The notes under the pieces: generated by a model
The model's input: only the letters and a program-made list of their open reading frames with translations
What the model was told of the DNA's origin: nothing
Databases searched by the model: none
Part shown: piece after piece, positions 21,167 to 31,363 of the stretch
How positions within the stretch are numbered: the first letter of the stretch is position 1
How the letters are laid out: each line of letters starts with the position of its first letter
DNA from: Desulfomonilia bacterium
GTDB taxonomy: Bacteria; Desulfobacterota; Desulfomonilia; UBA1062
DNA: 64,000 nucleotides
Direction: 5' to 3'
NCBI GenBank assembly: GCA_050014195.1
Contig: JBEKDT010000001.1
Coordinates: 410,024-474,023 of the forward strand
Position numbers and translations under genes: made by a program

Positions 21167-22447
21167 ATGCGGGTGCTGGTGGTAGGCTCGGGCGGCAGGG
21201 AGCATACCCTGTGCTGGAAGATCGCACAGAGCAGCCTCGTGGACGAGGTGTTCTGCGCCCCCGGCAACGGCGGCATCGCCCAGGACGCAGTTTGCGTAGA
21301 CATCGGGGCGGATGACATCGCAGGCCTGCTGAAGTTTGCAAAGAACAACCGTTTCGATCTCACTGTCGTGGGCCCCGAGGCGCCACTGACAGCAGGCATT
21401 GTGGATGCCTTCCGCTCAGAAGGCCTTGCCGTCTTCGGGCCGGACAAGGCGGCCGCAGCACTCGAGGGCTCAAAGGCCTTTGCCAAGGATGTGATGAAGG
21501 CCTGCGGCATCCCTACTGCAACCTATCGGGTATTCTCGGATGTGCATGCCGCCAGGACTTTTATTAAAGAGGCCCCCTACAACGTGGTGGTCAAAGCAGA
21601 CGGCCTGGCAGCGGGCAAGGGAGTGCTCGTCACCTCGTCCAAGGAAGAGGCCTATGCAGCCATCGATGAGGTCATGGTGAAGAAGTCCTTCGGCGCGGCA
21701 GGAGACCGGGCTTTAGTAGAGGAGCTCCTCGATGGAGAGGAGGCCTCGTTCATTGCCATCTGCGACGGCGAGAACGTCCTGCCGCTGGCCTCGTCCCAGG
21801 ACCACAAGCGGGTCTTTGACAACGATGAAGGGCCCAACACGGGCGGCATGGGCGCATACTCGCCTGCTCCCGTGGTGGATGATACAGTCACGGCTGCGGT
21901 GATGGAAAAGATCCTGAACCCCCTCGCCAGGGGCCTGAAGAAACAGGGCATCACATATCGGGGTGTCATTTATGCAGGGCTCATGATCACCAAGACCGGC
22001 CCATCCGTGCTTGAGTTCAATGTGCGCTTGGGGGACCCTGAGACACAGCCCTTGCTCATGCGGTGCAAGAGCGACATTGTGCCGGTGCTCCTGGAAGTTG
22101 CGAATGGCGGGGTCATAAGAAACTATACTCTCGATTGGGAAGAAGGTCCCAGTGTATGCGTGGTCGTAGCCTCAGGGGGTTACCCGGGCTCCATCGAGAA
22201 GGGCAAGGTGATAAGCGGCATCGCTCAGGCTGACAAGATCGCCGGTGTGAAGGTCTTTCATGCCGGCACAAGGCTCCAGGGAGATGCCTTTGTCACCATA
22301 GGCGGCAGGGTACTGGGCGTGACTGCAAAGGCCCATGAGTTGAAGGCCGCCATCGACAAGGCATACCAGGCGATATCCTTGATCTCCTTCGACAGGATGC
22401 ACTTTCGCAAAGATATCGGGCACAAGGCCCTGAAGAGGTTGTCATGA
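21167..22447 (+). CDS. purD: Phosphoribosylamine--glycine ligase
   Basis: MRVLVVGSGGREHTL...APGNGG; 426 aa with the ATP-grasp organisation. Confidence 0.95.
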   Translation: MRVLVVGSGGREHTLCWKIAQSSLVDEVFCAPGNGGIAQDAVCVDIGADDIAGLLKFAKNNRFDLTVVGPEAPLTAGIVDAFRSEGLAVFGPDKAAAALEGSKAFAKDVMKACGIPTATYRVFSDVHAARTFIKEAPYNVVVKADGLAAGKGVLVTSSKEEAYAAIDEVMVKKSFGAAGDRALVEELLDGEEASFIAICDGENVLPLASSQDHKRVFDNDEGPNTGGMGAYSPAPVVDDTVTAAVMEKILNPLARGLKKQGITYRGVIYAGLMITKTGPSVLEFNVRLGDPETQPLLMRCKSDIVPVLLEVANGGVIRNYTLDWEEGPSVCVVVASGGYPGSIEKGKVISGIAQADKIAGVKVFHAGTRLQGDAFVTIGGRVLGVTAKAHELKAAIDKAYQAISLISFDRMHFRKDIGHKALKRLS

Positions 22448-22932
22448 AAGTAGCCGTTCTCATGGGAAGCAAGTCGGACCTTTCGATCATGGAGGAGGCA
22501 TCGGTCGTACTCAAGCAGTTCGGCATCGATTGCGAGATGCGCATCATGTCTGCGCACCGTACGCCTGATGAGGTCCTGGCCTTCAGCAGGGATGCAAAGG
22601 CAAACGGGTTCTCGGTGATCATAGCAGGTGCGGGCATGGCAGCGCATTTGGCTGGAGTCATTGCAGCGCATACAACCCTGCCTGTCATCGGCGTACCCAT
22701 TGCCTCCTCTTCGCTGAACGGCATGGATGCCCTGCTCGCCATGGTGCAGATGCCTCCAGGCGTGCCGGTTGCTACGGTGAGCGTCGGCAAGGCAGGTGCG
22801 AAGAACGCGGCACTGCTTGCCGTGGAGATCCTTGCGCTCAACAATGAAAGGCTCCAGAAAAGACTGGCCCAGTACCGCTCCGACATGAGAAAGACCGTCC
22901 TGGAAGAAGACGACAGCATCAAGAACTCCTGA
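22444..22932 (+). CDS. purE: N5-carboxyaminoimidazole ribonucleotide mutase
   Basis: VAVLMGSKSDL...IIAGAGMAAHLAGVIAAHTTLPVIGVP; 162 aa. It overlaps the purD stop. Confidence 0.9.
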   Translation: MKVAVLMGSKSDLSIMEEASVVLKQFGIDCEMRIMSAHRTPDEVLAFSRDAKANGFSVIIAGAGMAAHLAGVIAAHTTLPVIGVPIASSSLNGMDALLAMVQMPPGVPVATVSVGKAGAKNAALLAVEILALNNERLQKRLAQYRSDMRKTVLEEDDSIKNS

Positions 22933-22935
22933 GCC

Positions 22936-23544
22936 ATGATCGTCACGAAAGATGCCTCAGCCATCGCCTCCCTACTCACCGGGCAGCCGGGCTCACTGGT
23001 CGCTTACCCCACCGAAACCTTTTACGGGCTTGGTGCACGGATCGCCGATCATAGTGCGCTTAATAGGCTGCTGCGCGTTAAAGGGAGGGATGCGACAAAA
23101 GGCATGATCGTGCTTGTGTCCGATCTGAGGATGGCATGCAGCATCGCGCGGATCAGCGACCCCTGGAAATCGATACTGGAGAAATTCTGGCCCGGACCTA
23201 TCAGTGTCGTGCTTTACGCACTCGATGATGTGGACCCGCTCATAGTCTCCCAGGGGAAAATAGCCCTCAGGATCTCCCCCTTGAGCCTGGCTACATCGCT
23301 TGTAGAGCTGGCCGGCCCCATTACTTCCACCTCTGCAAATAGATCCGGCGAGCCGCCAGCACAGACAGCAGAAGAAGTGGCGAAACAAGGGTTAGATACC
23401 GACGCTATCCTGGACGGGGGCCGGACACCAGGAGGAAAACCCTCTACCCTCATCGACCTCACGGTCTGGCCGCCTTTATGCCTGAGGGAAGGGGCGGTAC
23501 CCTTTCAGGAGATATTTGGACTTATTTCCCATGTTCTATCCTAG
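22936..23544 (+). CDS. tsaC: L-threonylcarbamoyladenylate synthase (TsaC/YrdC family)
   Basis: YrdC motif YPTETFYGLG and TSTSANRSGEPP; 202 aa. Confidence 0.85.
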   Translation: MIVTKDASAIASLLTGQPGSLVAYPTETFYGLGARIADHSALNRLLRVKGRDATKGMIVLVSDLRMACSIARISDPWKSILEKFWPGPISVVLYALDDVDPLIVSQGKIALRISPLSLATSLVELAGPITSTSANRSGEPPAQTAEEVAKQGLDTDAILDGGRTPGGKPSTLIDLTVWPPLCLREGAVPFQEIFGLISHVLS

Positions 23545-23547
23545 GTT

Positions 23548-24333
23548 TCACCGGCCGGAAAAGCTCGGCTTACGTCTCTCCAGCATGGCATCGATCCCTT
23601 CACGGGCATCATGTGTCCTGCCTGCCTCCATGATCCCGAGCCTTTCCTGCTCGAGCTGGTTTTCCAGGAGGGGGAGCATGGCACGGTTCAGGTTCTCCTT
23701 GGCAATGGCAAAGGCCGCAAGGGGTCCCTTCACGATGCGCTGAACCTTCTCAATGGTCTTCTTCTCCAGGTCGGCATCATCTACCACCTCGCCCACCAGG
23801 CCGATCTCATACGCCTTCTTGGCATCAATCATGGGGTCTGTGAAGATGAGCTCGGATGCCCTTCCGAACCCGATGAGGAGCGGCACGTTCAGGCTCCAGG
23901 CCCCGTCGGGCGTCAGGCCCACCGAGGTATATGCCTGGCGGAAAACGGCCGATGCGCCGCAGATCCGCAGGTCGCAGGCTGCCGCAATGGACAGGCCCGC
24001 GCCCATACATACCCCGTTGATCATGGCGATCACCGGCTTATCCATCCGTCTGATACCCGAGATGAGGGGGTTGAAGAGCTTGGTCATCTGCCTGGTGGTA
24101 TCGCCGATGTCCTCCGACTCCCTGAAGGCCGCAACATCACCACCTGCACAGAAGGCTTTACCCGAGCCGGTGATTATGACCGCCTTGGTTGTGTCATCAT
24201 CCCAGCACACCTCAAGGGCCTTCAGGAGATCTGCCGTGAGTTCGAAGTTCAGCGTGTTCATTTCCTTGAGCCGGTTCATTCGGATAATGGCAAGGTCATC
24301 CGATTGATCGAGAATGATGGTCTTAAAGTCCAT
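23548..24333 (-). CDS. Enoyl-CoA hydratase/isomerase (crotonase family)
   Basis: ITGSGKAFCAGGDV...INGVCMGAGLSIAAACDLRI oxyanion-hole motifs; 261 aa. Confidence 0.8.
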   Translation of the reverse strand: MDFKTIILDQSDDLAIIRMNRLKEMNTLNFELTADLLKALEVCWDDDTTKAVIITGSGKAFCAGGDVAAFRESEDIGDTTRQMTKLFNPLISGIRRMDKPVIAMINGVCMGAGLSIAAACDLRICGASAVFRQAYTSVGLTPDGAWSLNVPLLIGFGRASELIFTDPMIDAKKAYEIGLVGEVVDDADLEKKTIEKVQRIVKGPLAAFAIAKENLNRAMLPLLENQLEQERLGIMEAGRTHDAREGIDAMLERRKPSFSGR

Positions 24334-24648
24334 AGAGCCTCCTCGTTATCATTATGCAAACCGACACTTGGGTAACTCATGCCCTGAATCAGCATATCTT
24401 TATACACCCCTTTGGATGCAAAACAAGCCTGCATAACCTCTCGAAGGGAATTATTTGATCAGATTGTTACGTATGCCAAAACGATGCCGAGTCCTGTCGG
24501 ATAAGACTAATCCTGCAACACAGGAAACCACTTCGAAATACCATGGTACACATATTTTAATAATCTAATGAAATTATTGTGGAATTAATCTTTCGAAAAG
24601 TTGGTATAGGAATTGTAAGTACCCACCCCATGTCAATAATCTTTATTT

Positions 24649-24942
24649 TTGATGAGGAGCTCATATATGTACAGGAAGAAGAACCGCGATGAGGTTTCAA
24701 AAACAAAGGAATTCACTGCTATCGACCCGTTGTACGATCTCATCGAGATCATGGGTGACCATCTCGTTCGAGTTTATGAGCACAGGGAGAAATCAAGAGA
24801 ACAAATAGGTAGCTATAAACAACCCTGCCAGGACCGCCTGATCGTCGAAGCGATAGCTGAATTCCTTATGACAGGCAAGTTCCAGCTCAGATGCCCGATC
24901 AACGAGTGGGAAAATGTCAGTGTGGGAAGGTTTGAACGCTGA
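24649..24942 (+). CDS. Hypothetical small protein
   Basis: 97-aa ORF in an AT-rich leader. It ends 10 nt before the ferredoxin start. No motif was recognised. Confidence 0.35.
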   Translation: MMRSSYMYRKKNRDEVSKTKEFTAIDPLYDLIEIMGDHLVRVYEHREKSREQIGSYKQPCQDRLIVEAIAEFLMTGKFQLRCPINEWENVSVGRFER

Positions 24943-24952
24943 GGGAGACTTT

Positions 24953-25147
24953 ATGAGCAGGGTTGTCTATCTTGTGGAAGAAGAATGTATCGGATGCGGA
25001 ATGTGTCAGGATACATGCCCGGAGGTGTTCAAGCTTAACGAGGAAACCAACGTTGCCGAGGTCATCAAGCCTGAAGGAGGCCCTGAAGACCTCATCCAGG
25101 AGGCCATCGATTCATGCCCTGTCGAATGCATCCATTGGAAGGAATGA
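24953..25147 (+). CDS. Small ferredoxin (single [3Fe/4Fe-4S] cluster type)
   Basis: CIGCGMCQDTCP...CPVECI cluster-binding cysteines. About 64 aa from the internal M (MSRVVYLV). Confidence 0.75.
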   Translation: MSRVVYLVEEECIGCGMCQDTCPEVFKLNEETNVAEVIKPEGGPEDLIQEAIDSCPVECIHWKE

Positions 25148-25219
25148 TCGCATCCATATGCGGGCTTGCATGGCTTCTATACATGCCGGCCACTTTGAGA
25201 TTGAGATAGAATTCCTCTC

Positions 25220-25636
25220 TTACTCACCGATGATTTTCACCAGCACCCGCTTTTTCCGCCTCCCGTCGAACTCACCATAGAAGATCTGTTCCCAAGGTCC
25301 AAAATCGAGTTTACCATCAGTGACTGCCACGACCGCTTCACGTCCCATGATCTGGCGTTTCAAATGTCCGTCCGCATTATCCTCACCTACATTATGGTGG
25401 TACTGAGAAACAGGGCCGTGAGGAGCGAGCTTTTCGAGCCATACTTCAAAGTCATGGTGCAAACCACCCTCGTCATCATTGATGAACACACTGGCTGTGA
25501 TGTGCATTGCATTCACCAGCACGAGACCTTCCTTTACGCCGCTTTCTTTCAGGCACTGCCTTACTTGAGGTGTGATGTTGATGAACTCGACACGTTTGTC
25601 CGTGTTGAACCAGAGTTCCTTGCGAAAGGAATTCAT
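25220..25636 (-). CDS. YjbQ/UPF0047 family protein (secondary thiamine-phosphate synthase-like)
   Basis: 138 aa with [10 protein letters not shown]...NADGHLKR family motifs. Confidence 0.65.
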   Translation of the reverse strand: MNSFRKELWFNTDKRVEFINITPQVRQCLKESGVKEGLVLVNAMHITASVFINDDEGGLHHDFEVWLEKLAPHGPVSQYHHNVGEDNADGHLKRQIMGREAVVAVTDGKLDFGPWEQIFYGEFDGRRKKRVLVKIIGE

Positions 25637-26118
25637 CGTTTATCCCCATCATGCCTTCTTAACTCCATTGCCCATGAGGATACCATTAACCCTTCGTGAA
25701 ACAGCACTCCTCGGTTTTCGTACTGTTCCGGTTCAAGCTGCCGAAGGTATTCCATCCCTGTAGAGGCCCCGTCCTCTGAGCTGAATGCGGATAGAATGGA
25801 ATCTCCTACAACGGCATAAACGCCATACAGCGTCCCAAGGGTGGGGTTCCGCGAGCACCAGGTAGTCGTAAGGCCGTCTCTTTCAAAGGGGACAATCTCA
25901 TAGTGATTCGTAAATTCCAAGCGGTTCTCTCCGAGCATCTTCATGGTACCTTCATTCACCCATAGATCGCCCTGGTGAATGATGCTCACTGTTCCTTCAG
26001 CCGCAACAGCTTTACCCTGATTATCTATGTACGTGCCTAACGCATGCCATGTTCCCGGGTGGAACAGAAAGGTGTGCCTCGTGGTTTCCATGTTTGCCCC
26101 CCTTATGAGATACTTCAT
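25633..26118 (-). CDS. Hypothetical protein (possible nitrobindin/lipocalin-like beta-barrel)
   Basis: [13 protein letters not shown] weakly resembles the GTWxGxG motif of nitrobindin/DUF1794. This is a low-confidence fold guess. Confidence 0.35.
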   Translation of the reverse strand: MKYLIRGANMETTRHTFLFHPGTWHALGTYIDNQGKAVAAEGTVSIIHQGDLWVNEGTMKMLGENRLEFTNHYEIVPFERDGLTTTWCSRNPTLGTLYGVYAVVGDSILSAFSSEDGASTGMEYLRQLEPEQYENRGVLFHEGLMVSSWAMELRRHDGDKR

Positions 26119-26291
26119 GATGCATAAAAAAATCTAGTCCAGCATCCACACTGGCCTTGGTGATGATACGAGAATAATACAGCCGATGTATGAAGCGCAA
26201 GTGTTGAACATATTACGTTGCAGCAAAACAGGACAGGAGGACTTGATTATAACAACGGCAATGGAGACAAAAAGTTTTTGTATCTTGCGGC

Positions 26292-26861
26292 TTACCTTCT
26301 TTTCTTATAATCCTTTCCCGAGCAGAAGGCCTTGCCTGCATAGTCTCCAACTTTCCAGTATTGGTTGTCAGGCATGGTTAAAAGCAGGGGGTCCATCTTC
26401 TTGATATCGGGCCTGCCCTCCGTAAGGCATCCCTCACCGGCATAAGCCCCGACAATCTCACCTATGTAGAAGGTATTGGTAGGGAACTCCATGGTCTTAT
26501 TGAGCTCGCACTCCAAACACAAAGGGCATTCCTCGATCATGGGTGCAGTTTTGAGCTTGCCGTAGAATACATGAAAGAGGCCGGCTTTATCGGCCTTCTC
26601 GCCTGATACTATACCGCAGTAGTCGGTGATCTCCATCATCTCGGCGTTGGGGAAATTTATGCTGAAAGTCTTAGTCTCGGCTATGCCTGGACAGGTGTAG
26701 TGGTGCCTGCCCACACCCACGCCGATCATCGGCGGATTCGCATTGACCCGGGTGATCCACCCCAGGGCCATGAAGTTGGGCTTGGCGTTCACCTGGGTTC
26801 CCAGGAGGGTGACCGGCATGGGAAAGACAAACGTGTTCGCCCCGATATCCACTTTCTTCAA
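26292..26861 (-). CDS. Flavoredoxin / flavin reductase-like FMN-binding protein
   Basis: 189 aa with an FMN-binding split-barrel (FVFPMPVTLLGT...NFMALGW). It overlaps the start of the large oxidase gene. Confidence 0.7.
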   Translation of the reverse strand: MKKVDIGANTFVFPMPVTLLGTQVNAKPNFMALGWITRVNANPPMIGVGVGRHHYTCPGIAETKTFSINFPNAEMMEITDYCGIVSGEKADKAGLFHVFYGKLKTAPMIEECPLCLECELNKTMEFPTNTFYIGEIVGAYAGEGCLTEGRPDIKKMDPLLLTMPDNQYWKVGDYAGKAFCSGKDYKKRR

Positions 26862-29800
26862 GCACTCTTCCCCTTCAGATAATTAATCATGGGCTGAGTG
26901 ACCAGCGGCACCACCTCTCCTATCATGTGGGGCATGAGGTTGGCAACGACCTTTGGCATGAGCTCAGGCATCTGCTCGCGCATGTAGTCGGGCATGGGGA
27001 TGCGCTCGGAGACCTTCTTGAGCATAGTAGGCATGACCTTGGGCATCATCATGGGCAGCAGCCTCGGGAACAGGACCGGGAACATGGGCTTCATGAGGTC
27101 GAGCGCACCCGGAATTTTGCCCATAATGCGCATCATGGGCCCCATGCCGAACGGCATGGCAGAGATGAGCTCGGACCACATGGTACCCATGAGGTCGGCG
27201 AACCCCTGCGGTGTCATGAGTGCTATCATGGCCTCGAACACGGCCCACTGCTTCTGCACTTCGGGATTGGGATCAGGGAAATCATACCCCAGGGCGGAAG
27301 AGGCGAATCGCGCCAAGTCCACTATTTCGAGCGGCATCTTCTTTTTTTCCGCAGTGACCCGGAACTGGAACTCGCAGCACGGGCACAGGGCCAGGACCTT
27401 CTGGGCTCCGGCATCCAATGCCTCGTTCAGACGCGTCTCCCCGATATCGGCGGCTACCAGGGGCTCCTTGAGGAGGTTGAGCACGCTCCCGCAGCAGTGC
27501 GCCTCGGCATGATGATAATCCATCTCCACGAATTTCACATGGGGGATCGCCTTGATGAGGTCCCGTGGCTCTTCATAAACACCCGATACACGGCCCATGT
27601 GGCACGAGTCATGCCAGGTTACCGTAACCTCTTCCTGCCCCGTATCCGGGAAGGTGAACTCGCCCGATCTGATCTTTTCCGAGAGGATCTCGCTGTAGTG
27701 GCGTGCCGTTATGTCATAATCGATACCCAGCTTTTTAGCCCATGTCGGGTAGACATGTCGCCACATCATATTGCATGCAGGGCAGGATGTAATAACGGTG
27801 TCACTGCCGGCTTCTTTGACAGCCTTAATGTTCCTCCTCATGATCGCTTCAAACACATCCCACTTGCCGGCAACCAGCATGGGCGTGCCGCAGCAGTTTT
27901 CCTTGTTGCCAACATAGGTGAAATCCACCCCTGCCTTATCCAGCAGCCGCACACTCGCCATGCCGATGTCCTCTTCCACATAGCTCGCGGTACACCCTGC
28001 GAAATAGACGTTCTTGGCCTTTGTGCCGGGGCCGTGCTTCTCCTTGAGGTCTTCTGGGAACCACTTGGCTCGGTCCTTACGGTAGCCGGCCCATATGTTG
28101 CCTTCCTTCATGGCTGCCGCCGACATGATCTCAAAGGGAGGGAAGGTCATCTTCTTTTCCTCATCTACGAGCTTGCCCCTGAGCTTCATCCAGGAAGGCT
28201 CTATGGGAAGCGCTGCAGAGCAACGGAAATTGCAGAGCTCGCAGGTGGTGCAGACCAGTATGGTGTCCACCATCTTCTGGTTCCACTCCTGCTTGCCTTT
28301 CATATACTCCCGCAACCAGTACCACTTGCCCCTTGGGCTCTGGCTCTCCCATCCGCGGCCGTAGAACTGATCACACTCATCCACACAGTAGCCGCACTGG
28401 GAGCAGCTGTAGGCATACCAGGCCACATCAGGCGGGATATCCCGAACATCTTTTTCAGGCCTCTCCCCCACTTCCGTGATAATGGCATAACTGAAAGGCC
28501 TGATGAGCGGCTCGAATATGCTCCCCAGTCTGACGGCAGTCCCGATGAGTCCTCCTCCGAGCACCTTGCCGGGGTTCAGTATCCCCTTGGGGTCGACCTT
28601 CTTTTTGAATGACTTCATCCGGGCAAGGCGGTCTTTTCCGAGGACCGCCTTTGCCTTGTTCTTGAAATAGAGCCCTGTGGCATACGCTCGTCCGCCATAT
28701 TTTTCAGCAATCTTCATGACCGTGAGCGACAGAGGGAAGACGAAGTTGTAGCTGAACTTCCGCTCATCGCTCGGGATGAATCCGAGGATGACCACCTCGG
28801 GCTTGCCGGATGCCGATTTCCTGATGACCACCCCCTCCTTGACCACGGGCTGCTGGATGGTGCTCTCCACCTTCTTCATGAAGTCGCCGAAGGAAGACAG
28901 CGGGATGACCACTTCGGCGGGTACAAGACTTGGACCCAAGCGCTTCACCACCATGAGCTTGAATCGGTGCTTCCATTCATGGTACGCAATTTTATCACTC
29001 AGGATCTCTGCCTCGCACAGTTTGATGATCTTGCCGAGGCCGCTCATAACCTGCCCTGCGTCCTTCTTACGGAAGGTGAGCGTGATGATGTAGGATGCAG
29101 GCAGGAGCACCCGCTCCTCTGCCGGGTGGCCCCAGTGCTCCATCATAGGTGCCTGGTTCTTCATCTCCGCCATCTTCGGGTTGATGAACACGATGGACCA
29201 TATGGGCAGGCCTTCGGATATCATTGCCTCCATGAGCTTCTGGAGGTCATGGGGGTTCGGACAGCCGATGGAGACCAGATCCATGGGCTCATCAAGCTGT
29301 ACCTTAATGGTGATCTCGCCGATCAGCCCGGTTATGCCTTCCGCATCACTGATCATATCGAGATCTTTCCCCTCGAACACGCTGACCGTACCATCGGGAA
29401 GCACGACGCGGGCACTCAGCACGATGTCCCTGAACCAGCCGGCTTCAAACGAACCGAAGCCTGCACCTCCCTGGGCAAGCCAGCCTCCTGCTGTTGAGCT
29501 CGGGTAGCTGGAAGGATAGGTAAGCAGCGTGAGGCCTTTCTTCTTCAGCTCGCGGTCAAGCCCTTCCCAAACAATACCAGGCTGGACAGTGGCTGTAAGC
29601 TTATCTTTATCGATAGAAAGCACCTTCTTCATGCGGTAGAAATCCACCACGATGCCGTTCTCAACGGGCAAAACTCCGCCGTAGCCCGAAGAAGCCTTGC
29701 CCCTCGGGGTGAGCGGGATATGGTTTTTGGCGGCCCACATCACCAGTTCTTTCAGCTCCTCTTCGCTCTGGGGCTGCACCACGGCATCGGGGGTGGTATC

Positions 29801-29944
29801 GCCGATCAAGGGCTTGATAAGGCTCGGCATGGCGGCTATGTCATGCCCATAGAGCATTCGCTCCACGTCATCAAAGGTCACACGGTCCTTGAATTTTTCC
29901 TTGAGATATTCTTTATGGGCTTTGCTGAGATTCGACATGCTCAT
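26858..29944 (-). CDS. FAD-linked oxidase fused to 4Fe-4S and tandem CCG (HdrD/GlpC-like) domains (YdiJ-like 2-hydroxyacid dehydrogenase family) with a Met/Pro-rich C-terminal tail
   Basis: N-terminal FAD_binding_4 region (PRGKASSGYGG, GIVVDF). Central CSQCGYCVDEC and CTTCELCNFRC Fe-S motifs. Two CCG-containing segments (NCCG, HCCG). The last roughly 115 aa carry repeated MP/MxxM motifs; 1028 aa in total. Confidence 0.85.
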   Translation of the reverse strand: MSMSNLSKAHKEYLKEKFKDRVTFDDVERMLYGHDIAAMPSLIKPLIGDTTPDAVVQPQSEEELKELVMWAAKNHIPLTPRGKASSGYGGVLPVENGIVVDFYRMKKVLSIDKDKLTATVQPGIVWEGLDRELKKKGLTLLTYPSSYPSSTAGGWLAQGGAGFGSFEAGWFRDIVLSARVVLPDGTVSVFEGKDLDMISDAEGITGLIGEITIKVQLDEPMDLVSIGCPNPHDLQKLMEAMISEGLPIWSIVFINPKMAEMKNQAPMMEHWGHPAEERVLLPASYIITLTFRKKDAGQVMSGLGKIIKLCEAEILSDKIAYHEWKHRFKLMVVKRLGPSLVPAEVVIPLSSFGDFMKKVESTIQQPVVKEGVVIRKSASGKPEVVILGFIPSDERKFSYNFVFPLSLTVMKIAEKYGGRAYATGLYFKNKAKAVLGKDRLARMKSFKKKVDPKGILNPGKVLGGGLIGTAVRLGSIFEPLIRPFSYAIITEVGERPEKDVRDIPPDVAWYAYSCSQCGYCVDECDQFYGRGWESQSPRGKWYWLREYMKGKQEWNQKMVDTILVCTTCELCNFRCSAALPIEPSWMKLRGKLVDEEKKMTFPPFEIMSAAAMKEGNIWAGYRKDRAKWFPEDLKEKHGPGTKAKNVYFAGCTASYVEEDIGMASVRLLDKAGVDFTYVGNKENCCGTPMLVAGKWDVFEAIMRRNIKAVKEAGSDTVITSCPACNMMWRHVYPTWAKKLGIDYDITARHYSEILSEKIRSGEFTFPDTGQEEVTVTWHDSCHMGRVSGVYEEPRDLIKAIPHVKFVEMDYHHAEAHCCGSVLNLLKEPLVAADIGETRLNEALDAGAQKVLALCPCCEFQFRVTAEKKKMPLEIVDLARFASSALGYDFPDPNPEVQKQWAVFEAMIALMTPQGFADLMGTMWSELISAMPFGMGPMMRIMGKIPGALDLMKPMFPVLFPRLLPMMMPKVMPTMLKKVSERIPMPDYMREQMPELMPKVVANLMPHMIGEVVPLVTQPMINYLKGKSA

Positions 29945-29990
29945 GCCTCCTGTGTGCTATCCCGCTGAGTTAATCGGAGCTGTTCCTGCA

Positions 29991-31280
29991 TTAAAAATAC
30001 CATGTGAGTCCGAAGTCAAGGCTGTCCTCGCTCAGCGTGGACTTGAGGGAGACTGCCTGTCCGAACGGGTCGGTGCCGGACTCAGAGATGGTCTTCTCGA
30101 AGGCATGCATGTAGCCAAGGTTCATGGAGAACTGCTTGGTGAAATTGTATCCAACACCGCAGGTCACATGCTTTTCAGCAACGGCCGGGAAACCGATGAT
30201 CCGGAAGGTCTCATAGTAATAGGCAGGGAATATGGTTCCCTGGACATTGACAGCGCTGTTGGGCATGCCGGTTGATGGATTGAAGCTCCCATTAAATCCG
30301 TTGTGCTCCTCAACAGGGTTTTTCGCATAGTTGAATCCGGCCCTGACAGTGAATTTCTTGATCGGCTCCGCCTTCAGCCCGATGGCATAGACCAACTGAT
30401 TTTTCCAGTCAAAATCTTTATAGCCGGCGGCATTCGCCCAGTTCAGCCATTTGACATCTGTCTCCACAAGAAGATTCATTGCAGAGGGGATCTCATATGA
30501 AGCACCGACCCCAAGCTGAGTGGGTGACTCCAGCTTCAATCTATTCAGGTTGGGCAGGTTGATGTTGTCATGGATTGTCTCCTGGGGAGAAGTATAGCTC
30601 AATCCCAGGTTGATTGAATCCGTGGGCATGAAGATAAGACCCAACTGGCCCCCGGCGGAATAGGCCGGTGAAGTGCCGTTCCTCAGATCGAGCATTGCAT
30701 AGTCGATGTGAACTGCCATACCAAGGGAGAGTTTGTCCGTGAGAAGCACACTTAAAGCCGGTGCGAACTTCATGACCTGCAGTGAGGTATAATCTCCCTG
30801 GATGAGAGGTGCGGTTTTCCCTCCCCCGAAATTATAATATGAAGAATTATCAAGTGCCCCACCACGATAATCTACGCCGAGACCCGTCACGCCATACGCT
30901 GCAATCCCGAACCTCCACACAGGAAGCTTATCCGTGATAGGCACGGACAGGCCTATGGCAGGAATGGCATAGACAGAACTCGCAGATGAGTCCTCTGCAA
31001 CTGACCCTGCATGTACGACCTCTGCCTTCACATGGGGCATGAAGAGCGTACCTGCAAAATCAAAGGATGATGACGGGCAGTACGGGCCGACGCACATGGC
31101 GGCAGGGTTGGCGAACACGGCACTGATCGCATCCTGCGGGGCGGCAATGCCTGTCCCTCCCATTGCACGGGCATTGGGTCCGATGCCGATCAGGTTATCG
31201 CCGTTCGTGGCAAAGGCTCCTGAACCAAACGCCATAATGACCAGCAATATGATCGCCGAACTTATTGAACTTCTTTTCAT
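29991..31280 (-). CDS. Outer-membrane transport protein, FadL/TodX (OMPP1) family
   Basis: Signal peptide (MKRSSISSAIILLVIMAFGSGAFA), alternating beta-strand pattern, and a C-terminal ...LTWYF. Confidence 0.8.
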   Translation of the reverse strand: MKRSSISSAIILLVIMAFGSGAFATNGDNLIGIGPNARAMGGTGIAAPQDAISAVFANPAAMCVGPYCPSSSFDFAGTLFMPHVKAEVVHAGSVAEDSSASSVYAIPAIGLSVPITDKLPVWRFGIAAYGVTGLGVDYRGGALDNSSYYNFGGGKTAPLIQGDYTSLQVMKFAPALSVLLTDKLSLGMAVHIDYAMLDLRNGTSPAYSAGGQLGLIFMPTDSINLGLSYTSPQETIHDNINLPNLNRLKLESPTQLGVGASYEIPSAMNLLVETDVKWLNWANAAGYKDFDWKNQLVYAIGLKAEPIKKFTVRAGFNYAKNPVEEHNGFNGSFNPSTGMPNSAVNVQGTIFPAYYYETFRIIGFPAVAEKHVTCGVGYNFTKQFSMNLGYMHAFEKTISESGTDPFGQAVSLKSTLSEDSLDFGLTWYF

Positions 31281-31363
31281 AACTTCCTCCTTGTGTTTCT
31301 TAAGATATCGATACCTGGCTCATGCAGTGGGTACTCTGGATAAGAATCTCCTTTTACATGGTG

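Noticed and set aside
20701-21510. 269-aa minus-strand ORF and other internal ORFs of at least 100 aa listed in the six-frame track (for example 2034-2561, 19681-20253, 22293-22979, 23611-24375)
   Set aside because: All overlap strongly supported genes on the opposite strand or in another frame, and they lack start context and motifs.
26927-28612. 561-aa plus-strand ORF rich in His/Gly/Arg/Leu
   Set aside because: It is the antisense shadow of the well-supported 1028-aa oxidase gene. The translation is low-complexity with no motifs.
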